64,000 bases of DNA from Eledone cirrhosa (taxonomy: Eukaryota): contig OZ024754.1 in assembly GCA_964016885.1 (NCBI GenBank), positions 22,134,001 to 22,198,000 on the forward strand, written 5' to 3'. Below, piece after piece: positions 1 through 12,544 of this stretch. Both the position numbers and the translations under genes were made by a program. Below the pieces are notes generated by a model, which searched no databases, had not been told where the DNA came from, and saw only the letters and a program-made list of their open reading frames with translations. The stretch's first letter is position 1. Each line of letters opens with the position of its first letter.

Positions 1-107
1 TGTTGACTTTTGAAAATTAAAAGAAGTGAACTTTAAAGGTCTTTAAATAAGCTATAAAATATACATAATCAACAGCCACGAAATTTAGTAGATAAATTAT
101 GTAATAT

Positions 108-185
108 TCATTCGGGGTCGATAAAATAAAGTACCAGTAATGTACTGGGTATTTGCTGGCCTTGTGCGAAAAGTAGAAACAATTA
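108..185 (+). mobile_element. 3' fragment of tRNA-derived SINE
   Basis: cattcggggtcgataaaataaagtaccagt...gctggccttgtgcgaaaagtagaaac matches the reverse complement of the 3' half of the SINE at 6164-6351. Confidence 0.7.
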
Positions 186-360
186 TTTATTCAAAGTAAT
201 CCAACTTATTTTACAAAAGGGGTAAAAAAAATATATTCTGGACGCAATCCCGCACTCCTTACTTTATAACATAGTTAAGATATATATATCAAATGAAACA
301 ACGGAGTTAAAGACTCGCGTTTCAGGTCAAGGGAAACATTTCCGGGCTCTTCAAAATACA

Positions 361-510
361 ATATAGAGAGGAGAATACACGAAGGAATGTGTTTATCTTT
401 TTAATTATAATGTATTTCCCATACCTTTCGTAGTTTTTGTTTTTCACTCTAATAGCTTTATACCCCCTGTAATTGAAAACACATTCCTTCGTCTATTCTC
501 CTCTGTATAT
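361..510. repeat. Inverted repeat (fold-back) next to (TA)n
   Basis: gaggagaatacacgaaggaatgtgttt (~368-394) is the near-perfect reverse complement of aaacacattccttcgtctattctcctc (~477-503). Confidence 0.8.
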
Positions 511-691
511 ATATATATACCGTGCTCTGATGTTGGGTTTGAATAGTTTTTAGGATTCCACACTTCAGCAGCCAGTATATTAAAGAAAATTGATAATTAC
601 AACAATAAAGGCTGAACAGATAACAAATTTTTTAACAAACAATAATTTGTACAACCATAATGGAAATTCCAAGTAACAGAAAATATTTAAA

Positions 692-1215
692 TTACATTGT
701 TAGAACCTCAGAGTATAGAATATTTTTTGTTCGGCCCTCCAGAGCAAAGATGAAAAGATTGTTTGGCGAACCCACCCTAGAGCATCCTACATACAATTGA
801 CCATGGGAGAATCACTGATCCCGTAGCTCATCACGCGGAGAAGCTCTGTAGACGTTGACCTCTGGACACTCCTATCAGGAGCAGGTAAGCTGTAGTGACT
901 TAGAGGCCTACCACCAATCTCCAGGACACTGTTTTCAAGTCAAATGAGTGCCCCATTGAAAACGACATCTTATGTTACGTTCGGATTGTGTCTGCACTTG
1001 CGGTGGAGGATGTCTTCAGCTAGACTTTCGCGGTGGTTGTTCCACAGTGCGAGATCGCAGTTGTGCAGCATAATAGCAAAAAGTTTTCGCAGCTGAGAAG
1101 GGACTTTAGCAGTTGCTGCTTCATGCAGGGTGAGGTCCCAATGACTGTCATCGTGTAACATACCACGTATCTGGCAAGCCAAACGGTAAGTGGAATATTG
1201 ATGGCCATATGCAGG
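692..1215 (-). pseudogene. Helitron Rep/PIF1 helicase remnant with internal deletion
   Basis: Translation gives TYRLACQIRGMLHDDSHWDLTLHEAA...QLRKLFAIML...LWNNHRESLAEDILH and the C-terminal FSHGQLYVGCSRV...GRTKNILYSEVL*, both typical of Helitron helicases; in-frame stops present and helicase core absent. Confidence 0.8.
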
Positions 1216-1264
1216 GGGGAATCCATCTTGTAGACTGTGTATTGAAGAAAGGATCAATATTTTA

Positions 1265-1600
1265 AGGAGATTACGCAATAGCGATTGCCTAAATTCAAGG
1301 AATGAACATTTTTCACGTTGTCCACATGTCTGGAAACACCTCTTGTTAACTACAAAGCCCCGGATTGAATAACAACAACATTCTAATATTCTAATCAACT
1401 CAAACAATTTATTCCGGACATTCGCAGTTATCTCCCTTACACCTATCGACCGTGGATTTCCATTGCTTGGGAGAAGTGACCGTTTCTACATGTGTGCGTT
1501 CATACGGTTGTTTCTCCTTTTCCTGTTCCGTATGATCATTATCAGTCCGAGCTGAAGATCCGCATCAGGGGAAACAACTGTTGTGTTACTACTTCTATAT
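1265..1600 (+). mobile_element. Non-coding HHR-bearing mini-element (same family as 52778-53200), ribozyme truncated
   Basis: Colinear with 52778-53150 (gagattacgcaatag...cgcagttatctcccttacacc...ccgagctgaagatccgc). Confidence 0.7.
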
Positions 1601-1726
1601 ATACGCGTTAATAAGCATACAATTTTATAGATCTATATAAATATAGATAGCTTGAGAGATGGTACGTATATAATATATATATATATATAATATAAGATCA
1701 AAAGATGGTTAAAGGAGTTCCATGTA

Positions 1727-1793
1727 TTTTATTATGCGTATTTCAAAAACAAACATCATCATGCAATAATATTTGTGTTTTCATCAGATAAAA
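1727..1793 (-). ncRNA. Type I hammerhead ribozyme in P1 3' pLTR
   Basis: ttttat CTGATGA [aaacacaaatattatt...gatgatgtttgttttt] GAAA tacgca TA / ataaaa; stems I and II pair. Confidence 0.75.
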
Positions 1794-2817
1794 CAGGAGA
1801 ACATGATATGAAGGCTAAAAAACACTTGTGGATAGTGCAGTTTTAAATCAACATATGAAAAGTGGTTTTAGATTGATGTGTGATATTGGGAAAAATATTT
1901 TATTTAGAGAGGGGGTGGTGGAAAGGATGAAAAAGGGAAGGAGATGAGAGGGAGAGATGGGTGATAGAGAGAAAGAGATAGTTTTTATAACTGAGAGGAG
2001 ATATATTGTTTTACATAGAGAGGTTGAAAACCGTTGGAAGATAATGTATAAATTAAAAAATTTGAAAATTAACGAAGGGAGGATATGTGCGAGGAAAAAA
2101 TATTTTATTTAGGGAGGGGGGGGGATGAAAAAAGGGGGAGGAGATGAGAGTGAAGGTGGAGAGGGAGAGATGGGTGATAGAGAGAAAGAGATAGTTTTTA
2201 TAACTGAGAAAAAGATATATTGTTTTACATAGAGAGGTTGAGAACCGTTGGAAGATAATGTATAAATTAAAGGAATTTGAAAATTAACGAAGGGAATTTA
2301 TGTATGAAGATAGAGAGAAAAAATAATAATTGTGGATGAATATTCTAACGTCAAAAAAAGTGTATGTTGATAAGTATTGTGGCAATTTCAAAATTAACGA
2401 AGAGAAAAATTATTAAGGTTTGTGTGTAGAAGGATTTGAGAAAAATAATGTGAAGTTAAAGTTTGTATATTGAAGGAATTGATAATATATGCGAATAAAG
2501 AGTTAATATGTATTAAGAATGAGTTCGTTGATGGGGAGAAAAAAATAATAAATTAAGGATGAAATTGAGATTAAAAAGATTTATGATAGAGAGAACAAAT
2601 AATAATGATTGCGGATGAATATTCTAACGTCAAAAAAACAAATGTATATGTTATGAAGGATTTTACAAGGTGAAGATAGAATGAGGGTAATGAGTAAACA
2701 AGTATTATAGAGTGTATAATGCCCTTTAAAGTAGGGTAGGAAGATGGGTATATTTTAAAGAGGTGTATGTATATGTGCCTTTGAGAAAAGATTCTAAATT
2801 GATAAAGAATTGAATAT

Positions 2818-4800
2818 TAACTGTATACTTTGTGAAAAGTCCTATGGAATTTATGCAGGCAGATAGAAAACAAATCTGTACGTCTATTTATTATAGAATC
2901 TAGGTTAGAGATAATGGTAAATTTTTCATTTAGGCAGAGATTACAGATTTTAGATAGAGAGCTGTTCAAGTATGAGGATGCAGAAGAAACCTTCTTCCAA
3001 AAGATGGTATATTTAATGTTTTTGTCTTTTAAGGACCATATGAGTTCTGAGAGAGCAGTGTTGGTTCTTTTAAGTTTGTATTTGAAAGATGAATGATGAT
3101 TATAGAGACGAGCTTTAAAAGAGGTGGAAGTGGAGCCAAAATAGGTGAAGGAATTGGTGCTAGTTATAATTTTACATTCATAAATTAAGTTTTTATCGAG
3201 ACAATGGTTGTTGAGAGGACATTTATTTTTAATGCGGCAGTTGCAATTAGAGAGATTATTAATGAGTGACCTAGTGTTATCTATAGAAGGAATTGGATTG
3301 GAGAAGTTGTTTGCGATAGGAATAATAGGAATAATAGTTTCTTGATTTAGAGTTGGATTATGAACATTTAGCGAAGTTGTGTTTGACGTTGTATTTGGGT
3401 TTACAGAAGTTAGCCTAGGGTTTACAATGACGTCGGGAGTACTATTACTGTTATTATGAAATTCAATGTTGGAAGGAAGAGATTTAGTATTTAGTATTTT
3501 ATTGTTGTGTTTAGAGATGATGTTGGAAATATTGGAGGATGTAGAATAAGAAAATTTGATGGTGTGTTTGTTAAATATTTTACTATAGATATGTGAGGGA
3601 GGGAAGCATTTTATTTAAGGCACTAAAAAATAATTTAGGAATATTGTTATTAATAGAGATGGAGAAAGGAGCATTATACCAGATTATGTTTTTGTATCTA
3701 GGTCTTTTATTAAAATTATTGGAATGATCATGATTAATTATTCTACTGTAAGTTTTTCTAGAATTTGTTTCTTTACTATATTTGATTTTATCTGGATAGC
3801 CGGCTTTAGAAAGTGCGTTATTATAGTAATTGGCGTTAGCATCAAAGATGTTTTTATTAGAGGATATGTTAGATATTCTTTTTCCAATATTACTAACTAT
3901 AGCATTCTTGATATTGGTAGGATGGTTAGATTTAAAGTTAACATAATTTAGGTTCTCATTGTTTTTATGGTAAGGGTAATATAGGCCAGTGTCAAGATTA
4001 AGAGATACATCCAAGAAATTAGCTAGTTTGATACTATTATCAAATTCAATTTTTAGGTTATGTTGGTTAAAGAGATTACGTATATTGTTCTTAATAATAT
4101 TAAGGTTAACTATATTGCAATTTAGGATAGTAAAGAGTCCATCGTCACGATAAATTCCACCGCGAAGTTGAGGAATTTTCCGACTCAAAGAGTTCAAAAT
4201 GAAGATACCAATTAAATCAGTCAATTGGGATGAATCGGATGCTCCCATTGTGATGTCGAAGTTGTTAGAGGTATCGGCTCTGGTCCAATATTCGTTGTTG
4301 AACTCTAGGATGGTTTTACGTGCGGTGAGGATGATGTGAAGTTCATCTGTGGTGATGTCAGAATATTTAAGTGCGAAAGATAGAGTATTATTGAGAAGTG
4401 AAGGCGAAATGGAGGAATAGTAGCTGGCAATATCAAATTGAATAAATTTTAGTTTGTTTTTATTATCCAATTTGTTGAACCAGCCAATCACCTCAGAAGT
4501 ACCAAACCATAAATTTAGGTTCAAAGAAGAGCAATTAGAACTAACCTGTGGGATAATTCTATCCAAGATGGCTTTACTAACAACCCCAGATCAGATTTAG
4601 AGGGGGCGATTAATCTAACAGGTAGTTCAGTGCGAAAATTGTTTTTGTGATCCTTGAGATTTATCCTCGGAGTTCTTGGGAGGAATGGTTCGGTCTTTTT
4701 TTCAATGCCAAGTTTTGACATAATCTCAGAGGCTTCAAGGTTTATGTATTCTAAATTTTCATGGTTGGTTTTACGATACTTTTTCCTAAGTTCCTTTAGG
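2818..4800 (-). pseudogene. PLE reverse transcriptase + GIY-YIG endonuclease (frameshifted)
   Basis: FIQFDIASYY, FDITMGASDS, IYRDDGL, SNHP, WYNAPFS; downstream NCNCRIKNKCPLNNHCL...LIYEC...TYFGST...FKARLYNH...CNLCLNE. Confidence 0.9.
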
Positions 4801-4928
4801 AATATATGATATATATATATATATATATATCATATATTCAGATTCAGTCTTGTCATCGTAGTAGTCCACCAAAGAGAGGAAGAACTCAATATATTTATGA
4901 TTGAATATATATATATATGTATATATTT

Positions 4929-5700
<772 letters not shown>

Positions 5701-5782
5701 TGTATATATATATATATAAGGAAAAAAGATGAAATCGAAAATGCAACGAGTCTTTTAAAAAAAAATATATATTTATTTGGTT

Positions 5783-5820
5783 CCTTTACCGGTTTCGCAG
5801 TTCTTGTGCTTTTCAAAAGT
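5783..5820 (-). ncRNA. Minimal hammerhead with U3-A8 core variant
   Basis: actt TTGAAAA gca-caagaac-tgc GAAA ccgg TA / aagg, followed by aataaa; adjacent 26-bp perfect hairpin at ~5815-5872. Confidence 0.5.
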
Positions 5821-5976
5821 AGAATTGAGATGGAGGGTTTAACCACAAACCCTCCATCTCAATTCTACTTTTATATATATATATATATATCAAGTAAGTA
5901 TGTTTTGAAAACATACTTACTTGCCATTTAAACTCGATAAGACTGTAGCTTCTAATTTGAATGGAAAGAGATGGGT

Positions 5977-6047
5977 GATGTGTTGGTGTAATGGTAGCAC
6001 AGTGGTCGCGATAACCAAAGATGTGGGTTCGACTCCCATGTACATCA
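5977..6047 (+). other. tRNA-like cloverleaf (SINE head or tRNA pseudogene)
   Basis: Acceptor gatgtgt/gtacatc, D arm gtgt/gcac with A box TGGTGTAATGG, T arm gtggg-TTCGACT-cccat; anticodon loop cgcgata is non-canonical (no U33). Confidence 0.65.
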
Positions 6048-6163
6048 ATACTCATCTTTTTCCATTTATCTGAGGGTTCTAAACCCTATTATCAGGCTAA
6101 AATTCCTTTAGTCAAAAATACGGTGAACGCTATTCTATTTTCTTATATATATATATATATATA

Positions 6164-6351
6164 TTTGTTTCTAGTTTTTGGCACAAGGCCAGCAAATACC
6201 CAGTGCATTACTGGTACTTTTATTTTATCGACCTCGTAAGGATGAAAGGCAAAGTTAACCTCGGCGGGATTTGAACTCAGTCCATAAAGGGGCGTAACTC
6301 TGCTGCAAAGCATGGCGTCCGACCATCTACCGATACTGCCAATCCACCGCC
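6164..6351 (-). mobile_element. tRNA-derived SINE, apparently full length
   Basis: Reverse complement starts ggcggtggattggcagtatcgg (A box) and contains gagttcaaatcc (B box); flanked by (TA)n; resembles octopus SINEs from memory. Confidence 0.75.
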
Positions 6352-6424
6352 ATATATATATATATATATTATGTATGTATATATATATATATATTTTATA
6401 TATATATATATATATTATATATAT

Positions 6425-6603
6425 GCTAGTTGAAGGAAGACCTAGTAGAGGTAGACCACGAAAAACATGGGCGGAGGTGATGAGAACAGACCTCAGATCG
6501 CTGAAGCTCACGCTGGAGATGACGAAGGACCGTGACAAGTGCAGAGATGCTGTGCTGAATAAGACCCGTCCCACCCTTGCAAGCAGGGAAAAGCGGACCT
6601 AAA

Positions 6604-6634
<31 letters not shown>
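6425..6634 (+). mobile_element. 3' end of RTE-clade LINE with (ATG)n tail
   Basis: LVEGRPSRGRPRKTWAEVMRTDL...DRDKCR is the typical RTE C-terminus; short 3' UTR then (GAT)n. Confidence 0.75.
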
Positions 6635-6635
<1 letters not shown>

Positions 6636-6649
6636 ATATATATATATAT

Positions 6650-8509
6650 TGAAAAGTACAAATGAGCTATTCGACTGGTTTTGTGGCATTGAAACTAAGT
6701 CGAATGTTCGATTAGTCCAATTGAACATTTACGAACTACTACGCCACTATATCCCCAATCATCCTTAACAAGGCACTGATCTCAGCCATGAACAGATCTA
6801 GCCTCACTAGAAAGGAAGTTGACATCATACTAGTAGCTAGGAAAACCTTACTAGAATTTGACGGTAAATTATGGGAGCGACAGAATAGACCAGATAGCTT
6901 CGACATTACTATGGGATCGACTGACTCCGCGCAGGTTAGAGATATAGTAGGCATATACCTTCTGAATATATTAACAGACGAGATCCCATCTTTGGGCGGT
7001 GGCTTGTAGCGCGACGATGCCCTACTTATGACCCGTGGACTCAATAATAGCCAATTAAATAGACTACACAAACGACTTAGGTAAATCTTTAAGACCCAAG
7101 GATTAGCGGTAGAAATTGAACCTAACAGTAGGACAGTAAACTTTTTAGATGTCACTCTGGAATTGGACACAGGTCTCTACTGTCCATACCACAAACCTAA
7201 TGAAAATCTTAAATACGTCAACAGACACTCCAACCACCCTAGGAGCATAATTAACTCAATAGTTAAAAGCGTCTCCAAAGTGTCCACCTTGTCGGCTAAT
7301 AGAAATATCTTTAACCAGCACGCGGAATACTACAACTCCTCACTTGAAAAGGCTGGGTACATTGAGAAGATTTCTTACAATGACCCAACTAGAACCGCAA
7401 CGCCGCTAAACATAATCAGACCCTTAGAAACGAACATAGACGAGGACACCACGCCTAGAACAAATAATAGCCTAAGACCCTCCTTAGCCGGCAGGGCAGG
7501 CAGCGTCACACACAACTGCCAAGGAGAGAAAGCTATACTCTCCAACCACAATAAGGACTCTGACTATTGCACACGTTTACGTAGTAATAGAGACAAAAGA
7601 CATAACACCAATAGATTACTCGGTACCCCTATGACATATACGCATGACCAAAACGCACCCACACTACCATCTAGCCACAAAAACCTCACCAAACACCGTA
7701 AAGCCCAAAGTAGACCGGCCACATGGTACAACGCCCCGTATTCTATACACGTTGCCACCAACATAGCGGGGACCTTCTTCAGGGCTCTCGAACAATCTTT
7801 TCCACACACACATAAATACCACAAGCTCTTCAATAGCCACACTGTAAAATTCTCTTTTTCCACAGCACCAAATCTAGACAACACAATAGCACACACTAAT
7901 AGGACAAAAATACACAAACACATGGTTGCCCCACCACAATCCACTACCACAACCCACAACGAAACCACATACACAACACAACACAACAACCCACATGCCA
8001 GCTCCACACAGCGTCCCACCAACCGACAACGTGCCACCACACCGGTAACACCCAATTGCAACTGCAAAAAACGGGCAGAATGCCCTCTAAACGGGGAGTG
8101 CCTCGCTAAAGACATGGTTTACCGGTGTGACGTCACAGCTGGCAATAAGGAGTACTCATACATAGCTGCGACCTCCACTACGTTTAAGGAGCACTGGTAT
8201 AACCATAGAAGCTCCTTTAAACATAGGCTGAAACGATCCCAAACTAGACTGGCCGACTTGATCTGGGACCTCAAAGACAAGAACATTGAATTCCAGATCA
8301 TATGGTCAGTTAAAAGACGCGTGGCCGAACTCCCCAGCGACAGAAACCACTGCAGGTTATGCCTGGCCGAGGCGGCTGAGATCATTAAATTGAAATCTGC
8401 TATAAACTCTAGGTCTGACATAATTATAAATTGTAGACACACCAGGTTGAACACCTTCTCTGCACAAACATTCGGCCGAGGGCCACAAACTAACCCTGAC
8501 GCAACATAG
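6650..8509 (+). pseudogene. PLE RT + GIY-YIG endonuclease (nonsense mutations)
   Basis: FDITMGSTDSAQ, GGL*RDD, SNHP, WYNAPYS, CNCKKRAECPLNGECL, MVYRC...SYIAAT...CRLCLAE. Confidence 0.9.
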
Positions 8510-9948
8510 TGATAACCACCTTTGCCCTGTCACACCGTCCCTCATCTCAGTGTATTTGTCTTATATAACATGTAACCTTTGTAAGTTCAGATTTTGTAAA
8601 TATCATGTCGCATCCATCACCCCCACCAACAGACACATCGCCACACACCCCTCATATTAGTACCATTGTGTTCTATCTGTCCTCTCTGTCAGGTTTTACC
8701 TTGTAATCCATTGTAGCATCCGATCCTCTAAATATAATGTCGATCACATCACCCCATCACCATCACCACCGCCACCACACACATCGCTCGCTATATGTCT
8801 ACCATCCCACAACCTTGTCTCCCATGTTCCATCTGTCTGTTTTAACCTACAATCCTTCGTTAAAGTCAATCCTGTAAATATATTGTCGCACACACCACCA
8901 CCGCCACCACCAGATACAACTCCATACTTCAACAATCATTAACACCATTAACATCACCAACACATATCACCCCTTCCCTCCTGGAACCACTGTGTTATGT
9001 CTGCCCTCTCTGTCAGCTTTACCTTGTAAACCACCGTAACATCTGATCATGTAAATATATTGTCGAACATATAACCACCACCACCACCTCCACACACATC
9101 GCTATACGTTCACAACCTTGTTTTCCCCGCCCGTGTTCCCTATGTCACCTTTTAACCTGTAACCCATCGTATAATTCGATCCTGTATATTTATTGTCGCA
9201 CACAACACCTCCACCGCCACCACTAGGCACATCTCCATACCTCAACAATCATTAACATCACTAACATCGCCAACACATACTTTCCCTCCCTAAACAACGC
9301 AAGTCTGTGTGTCTGTGTGTAGGTATATATATATATATATATGTGTGTCTGTGTGTATATGTTTATATGTACAACACTTTCTCCATTGCCCCCCCCCCCC
9401 CCCCCCCCCCCTTCCCCTATCTATGTACTACGCCCTCCCCTGTCACTCCTCCCCCTCTCTGTATACACACACACACACATGTGTATATATGTATGTGTGT
9501 ATATATATATGTATGTGTGTATATATTTATATGTGTGTATGTGTATATATGTCAGTGTGTATATACGCATGTGTATGTATACAACGTTTTTGTCAGACTA
9601 AGTGTGTCTAGGTATGTATCTCCCCCATGGATTTGACACCACCAACACATCCACCACACCACCATAAACACAATTACCATAAACAACAACACCACACCCA
9701 CATCACACACAATAACCAGCCACAAATATGCGCCAAACTGTCTACCGACAATCCACCACCCCCACACCACGCCCCAACCCAGCCAGCGACCGTCACCACC
9801 ATCTTATCATCACATCCACCCCCACATACACAACAGGCGAAAGCATCCCTATGATCTATTCCACCTATCAAAACAATTCATATTGACCAACATATGAACT
9901 TCTGACTTTACCATATAGTATGTATTCATTTTCTACTAGTATTTTAAA

Positions 9949-10035
9949 GGGTCCGTCGAGCTGCGGATTATAGAGTCGGGTAAGATCGATACAGATCGAA
10001 CCTTGAGCTGATCAGTGGCGAAACGCGCGTCACCT
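9949..10035 (+). ncRNA. Hammerhead-like motif with extended stem II (P2 pLTR)
   Basis: gggt CCGTCGA gctgc...gtggc GAAA cgcgcg TC / acct; palindromic stem III acgcgcgt; core has U at position 6. Confidence 0.6.
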
Positions 10036-10182
10036 ACCAATAAATGTAATGAAGGAGTAACCAAACGTCCTTGTTATCTTTTCAATATAATACACTCTAT
10101 ATAGCTCAACACCTCAACACAGAAGTGAACCTAAACATCGAGTGCTCACCCGGGTGAACCTACAGTAACTCCAAGTTACACT

Positions 10183-10235
<53 letters not shown>

Positions 10236-10453
10236 TAAGTTAACAATGTACATCCACATATGTATACTGAAATACTAGTATGCATATGAATACACACACG
10301 TATACATATGTAGATGTACCGAGTTTTTCACTGGTCACTTTACTGTGAGTGTCCAGCTATTCTGTATGTAAACACACAGACAAACCGGTTTTTAGAGTCA
10401 TACTGGTTTTTGAGGAAACACCTTTCCTCTATTCTCCAGAAAGCCAGACAAGG

Positions 10454-10498
10454 AATATTGAACTAGTTTCGATGTTGTTACATCTCCTCAGCAATATT
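10454..10498 (-). ncRNA. Type I hammerhead ribozyme (inverted unit)
   Basis: aatattg CTGAGGA gatgt-aaca-acatc GAAA ctag TT / caatatt. Confidence 0.85.
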
Positions 10499-11008
10499 TC
10501 CCTATCTTCCGGCCTTTCTAGAGAATCGTAAAAGCACATATCGTTATATGCTTTTTCTATGAAAATTAGTAGTGGGCAGACTAATTTGCATAGAGCGTGA
10601 GTACGTACCGGTTCAACGGAGACGATAAAAACAAATAACGAAACGAAATTAAATTTCGTTTCGTTTGTAACTCACTTTTGTATGACTGACGCTTAAACAA
10701 TTAAGTTAACAATGTACATCCACATATGTATACTGAAATACTAGTATGCATATGAATACACACACGTATACATATGTAGATGTACCGAGTTTTTCACTGG
10801 TCACTTTACTGTGAGTGTCCAGCTATTCTGTATGTAAACACACAGACAAACCGGTTTTTAGAGTCATACTGGTTTTTGAGGAAAAATTTTGAGGAAAAAT
10901 TGTTTAAGCGTCAGTCATACAAAAGTGAGTTACAAACGAAACGAAATTTAATTTCGTTTCGTTATTTGTTTTTATCGTCTCCGTTGAACCGGTACGTACT
11001 CACGCTCT

Positions 11009-11041
11009 ATGCAAATTAGTCTGCCCACTACTAATTTTCAT
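11009..11041 (+). promoter_or_regulatory. Octamer ATGCAAAT with inverted imperfect partner (repeated every 466 bp)
   Basis: ATGCAAATtag-tctgcccacta-ctaATTTTCAT, ~90 nt upstream of the HHR; conserved in the 452-bp family. Confidence 0.45.
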
Positions 11042-11101
11042 AGAAAAAGTATATAACGATATGTGCTTTTACGATTCTCTAGAAAGGCCGGAAGATAGGT
11101 A

Positions 11102-11146
11102 AATATTGCTGATGAGATGTAACAACATCGAAACTAGTTCAATATT
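11102..11146 (+). ncRNA. Type I hammerhead ribozyme
   Basis: aatattg CTGATGA gatgt-aaca-acatc GAAA ctag TT / caatatt; predicted cleavage after 11139; palindromic stem III aactagtt. Confidence 0.9.
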
Positions 11147-11567
11147 CCTTGTCTGGCTTTCTGGAGAATAGAGGAAAGGTGTTTCCTCAAAAACCAGTAT
11201 GACTCTAAAAACCGGTTTGTCTGTGTGTTTACATACAGAATAGCTGGACACTCACAGTAAAGTGACCAGTGAAAAACTCGGTACATCTACATATGTATAC
11301 GTGTGTGTATTCATATGCATACTAGTATTTCAGTATACATATGTGGATGTACATTGTTAAGTTAATTGTTTAAGCGTCAGTCATACAAAAGTGAGTTACA
11401 AACGAAACGAAATTTAATTTCGTTTCGTTATTTGTTTTTATCGTCTCCGTTGAACCGGTACGTACTCACGCTCTATGCAAATTAGTCTGCCCACTACTAA
11501 TTTTCATAGAAAAAGCATATAACGATATGTGCTTTTACGATTCTCTAGAAAGGCCGGAAGATAGGTA

Positions 11568-11612
11568 AATATTGCTGATGAGATGTAACAACATCGAAAC
11601 TAGTTCAATATT
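11568..11612 (+). ncRNA. Type I hammerhead ribozyme
   Basis: Identical to 11102-11146. Confidence 0.9.
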
Positions 11613-12033
11613 CCTTGTCTGGCTTTCTGGAGAATAGAGGAAAGGTGTTTCCTCAAAAACCAGTATGACTCTAAAAACCGGTTTGTCTGTGTGTTTACAT
11701 ACAGAATAGCTGGACACTCACAGTAAAGTGACCAGTGAAAAACTCGGTACATCTACATATGTATACGTGTGTGTATTCATATGCATACTAGTATTTCAGT
11801 ATACATATGTGGATGTACATTGTTAACTTAATTGTTTAAGCGTCAGTCATACAAAAGTGAGTTACAAACGAAACGAAATTTAATTTCGTTTCGTTATTTG
11901 TTTTTATCGTCTCCGTTGAACCGGTACGTACTCACGCTCTATGCAAATTAGTCTGTCCACTACTAATTTTCATAGAAAAAGCATATAACGATATGTGCTT
12001 TTACGATTCTCTAGAAAGGCCGGAAGATAGGTA

Positions 12034-12078
12034 AATATTGCTGATGAGATGTAACAACATCGAAACTAGTTCAATATT
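12034..12078 (+). ncRNA. Type I hammerhead ribozyme
   Basis: Identical to 11102-11146. Confidence 0.9.
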
Positions 12079-12499
12079 CCTTGTCTGGCTTTCTGGAGAA
12101 TAGAGGAAAGGTGTTTCCTCAAAAACCAGTATGACTCTAAAAACCGGTTTGTCTGTGTGTTTACATACAGAATAGCTGGACACTCACAGTAAAGTGACCA
12201 GTGAAAAACTCGGTACATCTACATATGTATACGTGTGTGTATTCATATGCATACTAGTATTTCAGTATACATATGTGGATGTACATTGTTAAGTTAATTG
12301 TTTAAGCGTCAGTCATACAAAAGTGAGTTACAAACGAAACGAAATTTAATTTCGTTTCGTTATTTGTTTTTATCGTCTCCGTTGAACCGGTACGTACTCA
12401 CGCTCTATGCAAATTAGTCTGTCCACTACTAATTTTCATAGAAAAAGCATATAACGATATGTGCTTTTACGATTCTCTAGAAAGGCCGGAAGATAGGTA

Positions 12500-12544
12500 A
12501 ATATTGCTGATGAGATGTAACAACATCGAAACTAGTTCAATATT
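12500..12544 (+). ncRNA. Type I hammerhead ribozyme
   Basis: Identical to 11102-11146. Confidence 0.9.

Larger units (their letters stand above)
1690..4810 (-). mobile_element. Penelope-like element P1, 5'-truncated
   Basis: RT and GIY-YIG coding remnant 2818-4800, long 3' region with a ~205-bp tandem duplication (1890-2300), HHR at 1727-1793, (TA)n on both flanks. Confidence 0.85.
6650..10185 (+). mobile_element. Penelope-like element P2, 5'-truncated
   Basis: Coding remnant 6650-8509, ~315-bp tandem duplication in the 3' UTR (8660-9280), HHR-like motif and AATAAA at 9949-10044, (TA)n flanks. Confidence 0.85.

Noticed and set aside
305-360. Minus-strand ttgaagag...gaaacgcgagtc hammerhead
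   Set aside because: Stems I and II do not pair convincingly; at most a decayed relic
5977-6047. Functional tRNA gene
   Set aside because: Anticodon loop lacks U33 and purine 37
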